A DNA stretch of 48,478 bases from Klebsiella phage vB_Kpn_K17alpha61: sequence record OY757091.1. One strand, 5' to 3'. A model generated the notes under the pieces. It had not been told where the DNA came from. It saw only the letters and a list, made by a program, of their open reading frames with translations, and did no database searches. This document shows, in pieces, positions 19,601 to 27,293 of the stretch (its first letter is position 1; each line of letters opens with the position of its first letter). The position numbers and the translations under genes were made by a program.

Positions 19601-20394
19601 TGGGATTGAAGTACAACGGCCAGGAATACAATTCCGGGATGGCCCTACAGCTTACCGCGCAAGGGAACAACGTTGTTTCGCAAGTTCTGTTTATTGCTGA
19701 TAGATTCGCTATCATCCGAAATTCTGAGTCTGGAGCGTACACGTTGCCGTTTGTTGTGCAGAATGACCAGGTTTTCATGAATAACGCGCTTATTCAGGAT
19801 GGTTCGATTACCAACGCGAAGATCGGCAACTTTATTCAGTCCAACAACTATGTTTCAGGTAGTCGAGGATGGTCAATAGACAAAAACGGGAATGCTGAGT
19901 TCAGCGGCGTAACTGTAAGGGGGCACATTGAGGCTGATAGCGGTTCATTTCATGGCACCATCGACGCAACCGACGGGATATTCCGCGGCTCGGTTGAAGC
20001 AAATAGTTTTGTGGGAGATATCGCGGCAATGGGGCCATTCCCGACGAGAGTTGGGTCGGCATGGAAATCACGCGTCGTGCACCATGATTCAAGTGAAAAA
20101 GGAGGGAAAAACTACGCAATTCTCGGACTAATTCGCTGGGATGCTGGCGACAAGACTGGCTCGGTTATCGTTGAGTGTTATGTTAATGGCGTAAGGGTAT
20201 CTTCTCAAACGTATAATGGCAGAGATGTAGGGGAATCAACCCGTGCTCGCCTAACTGCTGTAGGTGTTGCGACGGGCATCAACACGAAGGATACTTTGGT
20301 TGAGATTGTCGTAAGTGGGACTGGCACCAGCGCCCTTGAGGCTGGTTACTGCATTATGTCTCGAGGATCCGGATCGTGGGAGGTGGTAGCATAA
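16690..20394 (+). CDS. Tip attachment / host specificity protein J-like
   Basis: 1234 aa with gpJ-like N-terminus (MTNIKARKGGSSSPRTPVEMPDNLISKDKVKLLLAVSDGE), FnIII-like repeats and C-terminal region. Confidence 0.93.
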   Translation: MTNIKARKGGSSSPRTPVEMPDNLISKDKVKLLLAVSDGEVVNDFSMKQLHFGGVPVQNEDGTFNYEGVIAEFRPGTQTQDYIQGFSESSAEFQVAREVTHNTPYTLTVSNKNLSAIRFRLLWPRVLTQKDNGDMVGSVVEYKIEMAVDGASYQTYLTGKIDGKNTTGGYDRSIRVNLPQNFTSQVLIRVSRVTPDADGVKVVDAFQVQSYAEVIDAKFRYPLTAMLYVEFDSDLFQNQIPTISLKKKWKIIQVPRNYDPINRTYSGTWDGTFKWAWSNNPAWVLYDLIMNQRYGLDQRELGIPVDKWSLYEVAQYCDELVPDNLGGMEPRYLMDVVVQSQVEAFQLVRDICSAFRGMTFYNGESLSIIVDKPRDPVYLFTADNVVDGVFVRTFPSEKTMYTSCNVMFDDEENQYEQDVEPVFNPDAAMRFGHNPTSITAIGCTRRTEANRRGRWILQTNLSATTVSFSTGLEGMIPSCGDVIYIADPHWQSAFNLVLSGRIMEVSGVQVFLAYRCDAKAGDTLILNTDDGKPVRRTIASVSADGKTLTLNVGYNFDVAPDSVFLIESDQLAAEQYVVTRIEKGSDDDEFTFAITATQYDPNKYDAIDNGVITDGRPTSVVDPDSMGAPKDLTISSFSRIVQGMSVETMVIGWSAVQYAKLYEVQWRKDGGNWNNVPRTATTQVDIEGIYAGEYQARVRCISGGNIASPWSALASASLTGKIGAPKGPINLFASDNEIFGIRVKWAMPEGAEDTAYIELYQSQSGTDQDASLLTLIPYPAAEYWHSILPAGYVNWYKARSVDRIGNVSAWTDYARGMSSTDVNAITDTILDEILDSDAMKELQESAQDSAAKLNEYANSIIQNALANDGDVRIMRKENGKRKAEIKHAEVLIANETEARVQQVNQISAEFNENLNAGLTQVNEALANETEARVTSEEALSARIGENSAALDQKLDSWADVNGVGSMYTMKLGLKYNGQEYNSGMALQLTAQGNNVVSQVLFIADRFAIIRNSESGAYTLPFVVQNDQVFMNNALIQDGSITNAKIGNFIQSNNYVSGSRGWSIDKNGNAEFSGVTVRGHIEADSGSFHGTIDATDGIFRGSVEANSFVGDIAAMGPFPTRVGSAWKSRVVHHDSSEKGGKNYAILGLIRWDAGDKTGSVIVECYVNGVRVSSQTYNGRDVGESTRARLTAVGVATGINTKDTLVEIVVSGTGTSALEAGYCIMSRGSGSWEVVA

Positions 20395-20490
20395 AGCAAT
20401 TCACCACCACGCTATTGGTGATATTATTTTATCAGAGAGAGGGCATACATATCGGCGTACAGAAAAGGAAATAGAATTGTGGTATAATCA

Positions 20491-20520
20491 CAAAGCGCCC
20501 GATGGGCGCTTTCTTTTAAT
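20491..20520. terminator. Terminator after J-like gene
   Basis: CACAAAGCGCCCGATGGGCGCTTTCTTTT hairpin. Confidence 0.75.
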
Positions 20521-20536
20521 ATGAATCATAGATGTA

Positions 20537-20569
20537 AAAAAAGGGGCCGAATGGCCCCTTTTTTTCTTT
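20537..20569. terminator. Bidirectional terminator between convergent J and tailspike genes
   Basis: AAAAAAAGGGGCCGAATGGCCCCTTTTTTTT, symmetric A and T tracts. Confidence 0.85.
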
Positions 20570-20721
20570 TGTTGTCTTGATATGCTTGATATGTCATATC
20601 GCAACAATGTAGATTTTGTTTTCGGTAACTCCTATTATTTCGGCCTGCTCCAACCGTTGCAGGCCGTAGTTTGTGTGAATAGTCGCTTATGCCATTATTG
20701 AACCCTCATCAATATTAAAAT

Positions 20722-22911
20722 TTACAATTGCACCAAGTACCCTGTGGCTGCATCACGGATAAATCTAGCGTAAGTTCCTTTCCCCATAATGTTAGCACCA
20801 AGCCTGGTTTTGAATTTCCCGCCATTAGCTACATCAACAAGTCGTGTTGCGTTGTTGTCGTTTATATTTACAGTTACCTCCATAGAATTAGTAACATCTG
20901 GCAAGTCAGTAACGTTAGTTACAGCACCATTTTGAAATTTAACAACTGTGTTATTCACACCTCCCGTCACAGAAGGAGTGGTGTTTCCATCCTCTGAGCT
21001 TACATAACGCGGCATGGGTGGTGTTGAGTCGTATTGATATCTTGTTAATCCGCTTGCTCCGTTCCCAATGCTTAATTGCACTCGGTTTGACTGATTGTTA
21101 GGGATTTTAACATCCTGCCCAATAACATACCCCTTAGATACAGAGCCATTTACCGTGCATCCTTTGCAGTTATCATCAAGATTTACCGCATACTTTCTCG
21201 ACGCTGAATTATCTACCAGCATCACATGCACATCAGCGCACCCCTCCATAAATAGAGCATCGTATGTGCCTGGTGGCAACGCTCCAGACCCAAGCTGTTG
21301 CGTGTTTGCTTCCCTTGAAGTTAGTGATAAAACTCCGTTGGCGCAATCAATTAGGTGTGCTGATTGCATAGAGGAGTTATTGATATTCACCTGAATGTTA
21401 AAATCCTCAACCCCCTCCATTATTAGCCCCGGCCCAGGGTTATTTACTTGGGCAGGGTTTCCAATTGTGGTGTTTGCAAGCCTGCCTGGGAAGGCTATGT
21501 CAACAGCAGCAATGGTAACGTTTTTTGATGGAGATGTTGGTGACATACGTTTTATGTGAATTCCAGCAGGAACTTCATCCGATCCTAACTCCGCTTTCGG
21601 TTCAAAAAGATGAACATTTGTTAGTGTGAGATAATGCCCACTAATACGCAGCCCACCGTTTGGAAAAATAACACCACCGTCAACCTGAAGCCCATCAGCG
21701 CTTTCAATAACTGATTGCTTTAAGCAATTTCCGGTTGTTTTAAACATTGACACAAACACATCACCATAGGCGAACCTCCCAGTTCCTGATCCCTCAAGGA
21801 GGATGTGTCTATCAACATTAGAGCCATCTAGAGCATTAATTTTTGGCCTTCTAGTGTGCTGTAGCTCTGTTCCTGGTGATGAATATACAGTATTTTTAAT
21901 TCTCACGCCTTTAATATCAGAAATGTCTGCATCAAATGTTCCTGTTATATCCACTCCGTTTTTTTCGGAGTCGGTTCCGGCCCCAACGGATACGGCGGTA
22001 ACGTCAGTTATGGTTAAGTATTTGATTACTGGCGATATCGCTCCATTTCGTTCTTTGGATATTGGTTCAAACGCACTAACACCAACAAATCCACTCATCA
22101 TGTTTACCTGAGTGAATGAACCAGGGACGCCTAAGATACAACTATTGGTTCTGTATTTTACAGTTTTCTTTAAACCTATAATCTTTGGCAAAATAATTGC
22201 TGCTGAACCAGCGGAATCAATAAGATTTTGTAACTTGTCAGAGGAATCAACTGCTCCACTTTCAATGATACCGTGATTTACAGCGTAAATTACCTGCCTT
22301 TCTTCTTCTTGCCAGCGCTCAACTAAACCACCAACCTTGCTATAACCATCAGGCTGCGCCAGTACCACCAGAGTTGACTGATCGCCAGCATCATTAATGA
22401 TCTGCTGTACTTGGTCTCTTGCAGTCTCCGCCGCAACCTCTGAAGCCTTGGAATTCGCCTCTGAAGCCTTCGACTCGATTACAGATGCAGCAGCAGCAGC
22501 AGCACTTGATTCCGCAGCTTCAGAGTCTGCCTTAATTTGGTTGGCAAGATTTTGCAGGGATTCGAAATCAAACCCCTTAAAGAACTCGACTGCATCCGCA
22601 ATTTCAGTCTCTTGCGATTGGTAGTAGCGCAGAGTTTCCGCAACATCTTGCGCCAGTCCGTCGACAGTTAGCGAGTCGCTTAACAGGATCGCGTAATCAC
22701 TAGACGCTACGACAGCGCCGTTTGTGGTGATGGCTTTAATTTCAGTGTCGCTTACCACCTTATTCACGACCGCCATTTGAATTGGCGACGACAGAAACAT
22801 AATCGTCGCACCAGGGCGAATCAGCGAAAGCGATGATTGCCATTTTGTGCCAGTCCCGGTAACTGTTCCGTCTGCGGACAGCGCCGCCTTGCCTTCTCTG
22901 TATAGTGCCAT
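20722..22911 (-). CDS. Tailspike / receptor-binding protein (beta-helix type)
   Basis: Reverse complement at 22911 reads ATGGCACTATACAGAGAAGGC = MALYREGK; stop TAA complements TTA at 20722-20724. N-terminal [24 protein letters not shown] adaptor, coiled coil, then beta-helix-like region. The track's '+' label is wrong. Confidence 0.88.
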   Translation of the reverse strand: MALYREGKAALSADGTVTGTGTKWQSSLSLIRPGATIMFLSSPIQMAVVNKVVSDTEIKAITTNGAVVASSDYAILLSDSLTVDGLAQDVAETLRYYQSQETEIADAVEFFKGFDFESLQNLANQIKADSEAAESSAAAAAASVIESKASEANSKASEVAAETARDQVQQIINDAGDQSTLVVLAQPDGYSKVGGLVERWQEEERQVIYAVNHGIIESGAVDSSDKLQNLIDSAGSAAIILPKIIGLKKTVKYRTNSCILGVPGSFTQVNMMSGFVGVSAFEPISKERNGAISPVIKYLTITDVTAVSVGAGTDSEKNGVDITGTFDADISDIKGVRIKNTVYSSPGTELQHTRRPKINALDGSNVDRHILLEGSGTGRFAYGDVFVSMFKTTGNCLKQSVIESADGLQVDGGVIFPNGGLRISGHYLTLTNVHLFEPKAELGSDEVPAGIHIKRMSPTSPSKNVTIAAVDIAFPGRLANTTIGNPAQVNNPGPGLIMEGVEDFNIQVNINNSSMQSAHLIDCANGVLSLTSREANTQQLGSGALPPGTYDALFMEGCADVHVMLVDNSASRKYAVNLDDNCKGCTVNGSVSKGYVIGQDVKIPNNQSNRVQLSIGNGASGLTRYQYDSTPPMPRYVSSEDGNTTPSVTGGVNNTVVKFQNGAVTNVTDLPDVTNSMEVTVNINDNNATRLVDVANGGKFKTRLGANIMGKGTYARFIRDAATGYLVQL

Positions 22912-23003
22912 TTTAAAATCCTCTTATGTTGATTGAGTAACGCAGATAATAGCATCAATGAAGAAATAAAAAAAGGAGCCTTGCGGCCCCTTTAGTTGTC
23001 AAA

Positions 23004-23468
23004 TCAGAACGGGATATCATCATCGAAATCCATGCCCTGATTACCAACACCGCTTTGCGGCTTCGGTTGTTGTTGTTGCGGATTCGGTTGCTGAGGCTGG
23101 CCCCACCCACCCTGCTGATTACCGCCGCCCTGCGTTGGTTCGCGCTGGCTGAATTCCAGTTGCGGCATAATCATTTCATTGTGGCTGTAAGTTGCGCCGT
23201 TGTGCTCGCGGTTTACGATCTGAAGTGTCCGGCAGGTTACGCTAATAACCTTGTCGACCTGCAACGCTTCATCGTACCACGCAATCATGCTTTCCTTCGC
23301 GAAGAAGACGGCGCGATAGTTGGTGTATACAGTTTCGTCCTGGCCGTCGCGATTGCGGATCTTCATTCGCTCCGACAGGTCGACCGCATACATCTTCCAC
23401 GGCCCGTTATTGTTGCTACCCTCTTTTACGTAAGGCGCTTTTCGGATTACCCCTGTTACAACATGCAT
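23004..23468 (-). CDS. ssb: Single-stranded DNA-binding protein
   Basis: OB-fold-like N-terminus and Gln/Gly/Pro linker ending in acidic tail DFDDDIPF. Confidence 0.85.
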   Translation of the reverse strand: MHVVTGVIRKAPYVKEGSNNNGPWKMYAVDLSERMKIRNRDGQDETVYTNYRAVFFAKESMIAWYDEALQVDKVISVTCRTLQIVNREHNGATYSHNEMIMPQLEFSQREPTQGGGNQQGGWGQPQQPNPQQQQPKPQSGVGNQGMDFDDDIPF

Positions 23469-23504
23469 TGTTTTTCCTATGGGGCGGTTTCCCGCCCGGT
23501 TAAA

Positions 23505-24161
23505 TTAGTTGAAAGATGAGATATCTTGTGCTTCAGGTTCAGGCTTTGATTCTACCTGTTCCGGTTCGTGTTTCGCAACCTTTTGCGGTTTCCCTGGGTT
23601 AAAACCGTTTGCTGGGGTGACTTTCAATTCAGCCTGACGTTTGGTGATATCATCTTCAGTAATTTTCCATTCGGCAGGGGTAAGAGTTTGTTTTGCGAGC
23701 TTGTAGATCTCACGAAGCGCTTCGAGATCATCGCATGCATCAATGCGTTTTTTGAAATCTTGCGGCTTCATCTTCGTGATCTCCGCGTCATCGTCTGCCT
23801 GTTTAATACCAAGAGCTGCGGCCAATGCATAACGGCGGGCGTAAGACGTTGTAGAACCATATGCTTGCTCTACGGTTTTGCTGATCGGCATGTTGTACTG
23901 AAACGCCATAAATTCGCCCGACTCATGCAAGAACATTGTTTCAAGGTGCATAACCTTTTCGGTGCTGGTATCCATCATCGACTGAATAACCATAATTTTA
24001 TTTTCACTCAAGGCCGGGGTGATGGCGTCGAGAATATCGCCGAGATTGGCGTAAGTGTTGCCGAGGTGGTTATTTTTACCGCTTTTCTTTGCGGCAACAA
24101 ATTTAGATTTTGCCCGGATTAGGGCGGCTGCAACGGTGGTGAACTTTTCAGATGTACGCAT
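23505..24161 (-). CDS. erf: ERF-family single-strand annealing recombinase
   Basis: FVAAKKSGKNNHLGNTYANLGDILDAITPALSENKIMVIQ...VEQAYGSTTSYARRYALAAALGI motif. Confidence 0.93.
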   Translation of the reverse strand: MRTSEKFTTVAAALIRAKSKFVAAKKSGKNNHLGNTYANLGDILDAITPALSENKIMVIQSMMDTSTEKVMHLETMFLHESGEFMAFQYNMPISKTVEQAYGSTTSYARRYALAAALGIKQADDDAEITKMKPQDFKKRIDACDDLEALREIYKLAKQTLTPAEWKITEDDITKRQAELKVTPANGFNPGKPQKVAKHEPEQVESKPEPEAQDISSFN

Positions 24162-24194
24162 GATAAACCTTCCTCTTACTGATTGGTGATGCGC

Positions 24195-24237
24195 ACTATA
24201 TCACAAGTGCGCACCAGTGTTTAGCTATTTGTGCCGT
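24195..24237 (-). promoter_or_regulatory. Marbox-type promoter M1 (upstream of erf)
   Basis: Minus strand ACGGCACAAATAGCTAAAC (complete match to AYnGCACnnWnnRYYAAAY); TATAGT at 24195-24200; 21 nt from TAGCTA to -10. Confidence 0.7.
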
Positions 24238-25276
24238 ATACGTCAGGGAACATGTATTTAACGAATTGCGGCGTGGGTAACTTCACTTCCGCTGCGTTCG
24301 ATTCATATGACGGCCAAACGTCATGCTTGACGCATTCGGCGTACTGGTGAATCACGCTTTGATACTGCTTCCGCCCGATCTCAATCTGCTGATCCGTTAA
24401 CGTGAACGCCAGAGGCGCGAACGGTGATTTTTTCTCCTGCGTCAGCAGGCGGACAACAACCGGGCGTTTTTCGTTGTACGTCTTGACGAACAGATCGCGC
24501 TGCAATGCCATTTTGAGATAGTAGCCTAGGTTGAACGCCAGTCGCCCGAAGTCATCCGGTTTAGAGGTCTGAGTAGTTTTGTAGTCGGTAATCACCACCA
24601 CTTCGAAAACTTCATCCGGGTTAAACCCCCACTCTTTGATGAGTTCGGGATCCGACACGACGTCAACATGATCGAGTCGAACCTTTACCGGGACGCCGAA
24701 AATTTCGCCGAAGATTGACAACTCGCGTTGCGCTGTATCCGATTCAATGCACGCCGCGTGCCGTGGGTTAGCCAGCATCACGTTTCGCATTTGCACGACC
24801 GCATCGAAATCAGAATCCTTGACCAGCTTCCGGCCTGAGTTGATGGCGGCGCTTTCGTCGCAGAGTTCGATCGCCCACCACACGTTAACATCAATCCCAG
24901 CGCGGTATGCCATTTCCAGCAATTCGTGGTAGTCCTTGTTGGACGTCCCAATCAGGCCACACGCTTTCAATTTCGCAGATAATGCCGACTTCGAAGTAAT
25001 CAGATCCTTAACGTCGCCCGGCGCGGTAGCTCGAAGGTACTCGCCATTAAATTTTGACGTCTCAAGCATGCAGGTATGGGAGCAAGTGCCGAATGAAAGC
25101 GCTGCTTTTTCTTCTCGCTCCTTGTATTTCCAGTGTGCCGGGGATGTTGCGTAAATCTCGCCGAGGCTTGATCCGCTAACGTATCTGGCGCACCAGGAGT
25201 TAGGATCGTGGTAATCATCGTTGGATAATTCCGCGTTGGTGTATGCCTTAAAAATTGCTTCAGCCATTGGTATCAC
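24221..25276 (-). CDS. RecE/exonuclease VIII-like PD-(D/E)XK exonuclease
   Basis: YVSGSSLGEIYATSPAHWKYKEREEKAALSFGTCSHTCMLE...VKVRLDHVDVV...EVVVITDYKTTQ; next to erf and ssb. Alternative start 25267 (MAEAIF). Confidence 0.85.
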   Translation of the reverse strand: MIPMAEAIFKAYTNAELSNDDYHDPNSWCARYVSGSSLGEIYATSPAHWKYKEREEKAALSFGTCSHTCMLETSKFNGEYLRATAPGDVKDLITSKSALSAKLKACGLIGTSNKDYHELLEMAYRAGIDVNVWWAIELCDESAAINSGRKLVKDSDFDAVVQMRNVMLANPRHAACIESDTAQRELSIFGEIFGVPVKVRLDHVDVVSDPELIKEWGFNPDEVFEVVVITDYKTTQTSKPDDFGRLAFNLGYYLKMALQRDLFVKTYNEKRPVVVRLLTQEKKSPFAPLAFTLTDQQIEIGRKQYQSVIHQYAECVKHDVWPSYESNAAEVKLPTPQFVKYMFPDVYGTNS

Positions 25277-25300
25277 TCCGTTTGTGGTTTCGTTGCGTTA

Positions 25301-25343
25301 AGTATACGCATCAAGATTCCAGGTGCAAGGCAAAAAGTGCCAT
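25301..25343 (-). promoter_or_regulatory. Degenerate marbox-type promoter M2 (upstream of exonuclease)
   Basis: Minus strand TGGCACTTTTTGCCT, 21 nt, TATACT (25301-25306). A TTGCAC-N15/16-TATACT sigma70-like arrangement also overlaps. Confidence 0.5.
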
Positions 25344-25351
25344 TCGCCAAC

Positions 25352-25745
25352 TGGTCAAAAAATGAGCGAAATTTACGTAAGATTTAGTAAGATGCATCTT
25401 ACGTGGTTTTCTTTATATATTTCATGCGGTTAACCCAAATCGGTAAGATGGTAAGATGCCTATAGGTAAATATTAACAGGAAAATTGGAGCGGAATCGCA
25501 AAGCAAAATACATATACCCGAAGAAAATCTTACCTACACAGATAGATATAGAGAGAGTAATAATAATAATATAGTTAGATATCATATACTTATATATATT
25601 CTATGGTGCGATATTGGTCAAAAAGTGAGCGAAATTTAAGTAAGATGCATCTTACCTAATCTTACTTAAAGTGGTCGACCAGTTGGTAAGTTGCTGAATT
25701 TTTTGCATAAAAAAAGGTAAGACTGAAATTATCAATCTTACCTAA
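25352..25745. repeat. AT-rich intergenic region with GTAAGAT boxes (candidate origin/regulatory region A)
   Basis: About ten GTAAGAT/ATCTTAC-like boxes, two perfect palindromes GTAAGATGCATCTTAC (25387-25402, 25640-25655), and a direct repeat GGTCAAAAArTGAGCGAAATTTAmGTAAGAT near 25353 and 25617. Confidence 0.7.
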
Positions 25746-25763
25746 AATTTGTTCACGTTTTAA

Positions 25764-26726
25764 TCAGAGAAGGGATGATGCCACGTAGAGCTTTCTTTCG
25801 AATCCGCCTTTGAAGTTGTCATTGTTCGGCACGATAACTTTCATATCGCGTTCTTCAGCCGCCGCCAGCATATCCCGATCTTTCCTGCTGCATACAACTC
25901 GCAATTCTCGCTTACCTTCGCCGCCACCCTTTCCTTTATATCGGTAGGCCACGATCTCAACGTTGGACGGGATGATGCATGCCCACACGTCACACTTAAA
26001 CGAGCTTGCGATATTGAAGTGCATCGCCTCCACCCAAGAGCGAGCCAAGTAAATCGGCCCGTTACCGCCTTCGCTCTGATTGGTTACGATCACCGATCCG
26101 AAAGTCAGGTCGCCAGCTAACATCTTCTCCCGGCCCTCCTCATCAATGAATAAGATGTTGCAGTATTCATCGTCCGGCCCGTCTTCATGCACCAGTTGCA
26201 TCGGGAGCGCATGAAATAACTCTTGCCTGCCGTTCTCGTGGGTTTTTACGCCAACCCGGTATGATTCAACGAACTCATTTTCAATGCCCTCATAGAGCGT
26301 TACAGGCGTGCTATCGACGGCCTCCGTTCTGTTCATTATCGCCACGACGCGATCGTGATCTGCCATCTTGCCGTAGTCGTACCCGTTATCGCGATTAACC
26401 TGCTTGTTGCGCTTAACTACGTACTCTTGCGGAACTTTGCCCAAGTATCGCCCAAGAATGTTGATGCACTCGCTATACGGCTCTCCGCTCAACTTCATTA
26501 ACCATCCGATCCCCTTATCGGCACCGCAGCCGCTGCAATATGCCCCGCCGTCGCCGCGATTCTCTAATTTGTCAGTCCAGCGGAAGCGATCCTTACCGCC
26601 GCAGTTAGGGCAGTCCTGGTGTTTGCCGTTGAAATAGCGGGAGTGGATGCCGCAAATATTTTGTAGCGCCTCGCGCCACATCCCCGGCATGTATGGCAAA
26701 ACCTCTTTTTCGTCGTAAAAATCCAC
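25764..26726 (-). CDS. DNA primase, P4/T7-type zinc ribbon
   Basis: HQDCPNCGGKDRFRWTDK...GAYCSGCGADKGIGWLMKL zinc ribbon followed by primase/TOPRIM-like region. Confidence 0.87.
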   Translation of the reverse strand: MDFYDEKEVLPYMPGMWREALQNICGIHSRYFNGKHQDCPNCGGKDRFRWTDKLENRGDGGAYCSGCGADKGIGWLMKLSGEPYSECINILGRYLGKVPQEYVVKRNKQVNRDNGYDYGKMADHDRVVAIMNRTEAVDSTPVTLYEGIENEFVESYRVGVKTHENGRQELFHALPMQLVHEDGPDDEYCNILFIDEEGREKMLAGDLTFGSVIVTNQSEGGNGPIYLARSWVEAMHFNIASSFKCDVWACIIPSNVEIVAYRYKGKGGGEGKRELRVVCSRKDRDMLAAAEERDMKVIVPNNDNFKGGFERKLYVASSLL

Positions 26727-26801
26727 GTCATAACCTCCAAATAAAAAACGCCCACGCGAGAATCATAACCCGGTAGGCGTTTAGTAGTTAGTCAAATTGT
26801 G

Positions 26802-27203
26802 CTATCGGACTACTCGAAGCATTTCGCGGCGGTCGCAGCGGCGCGTAATCGGCTTGCCGTTGCTGTCGAATCTGAGATCCGGGCGGCAAAATGAAGCCCT
26901 GAAGCCTTTGCAGTCATTGCGGCGGTAACTCTTATGCACCAGGTAAGCACCATCGGCTGAAATCATGCCGCGCTTAATCCACTGCTGAACAACCTGGATG
27001 CTAACGCCCAACTCCTTTGCTGTTTTGGCGATGCCGCCGTATGCCTCGATCACCAATTCCATCCGGGTAGTCAGGCCCGCCCTTACTTCATCCTTCAGGA
27101 CGTAATATCCTGTCGGCTTCTTGCGGGGCTTCTTATCTTTCCCGCGTGACGTACCGTTATTGCCGTTCAAAGTTCGCTTGTCTACCTTTGCCATTTGTTC
27201 CAT
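26802..27203 (-). CDS. HTH (Cro/YdaS-like) regulator
   Basis: ELVIEAYGGIAKTAKELGVSIQVVQQWIKRGMISADGAYLVHK helix-turn-helix; divergently transcribed from helicase. Confidence 0.7.
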   Translation of the reverse strand: MEQMAKVDKRTLNGNNGTSRGKDKKPRKKPTGYYVLKDEVRAGLTTRMELVIEAYGGIAKTAKELGVSIQVVQQWIKRGMISADGAYLVHKSYRRNDCKGFRASFCRPDLRFDSNGKPITRRCDRREMLRVVR

Positions 27204-27215
27204 AATTTAACCTCA

Positions 27216-27257
27216 CAGCACTTTTTGTTAAACATGATAAAATTTGCTCTGTATTAT
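27216..27257 (+). promoter_or_regulatory. Marbox-type promoter P1 (helicase operon)
   Basis: ACAGCACTTTTTGTTAAAC is a complete match to AYnGCACnnWnnRYYAAAY; TATTAT at 27252-27257. Confidence 0.7.
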
Positions 27258-27293
27258 ACACGCAACCATGCGAATGACAAATCAGGATTAACC

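Noticed and set aside
20460-20490. TATAAT at 20483 as a promoter
   Set aside because: No acceptable -35 at 16-18 bp, and it runs directly into a terminator; probably chance.
21095-22624. Several + strand ORFs across the spike region
   Set aside because: Antisense to the spike gene and without family features.
20722-22911. Track entry on '+' strand for the 729-aa MALYREGK protein
   Set aside because: The + strand does not encode it. The ATG is on the complement at 22911 and the stop at 20722-20724, so it is called '-'.
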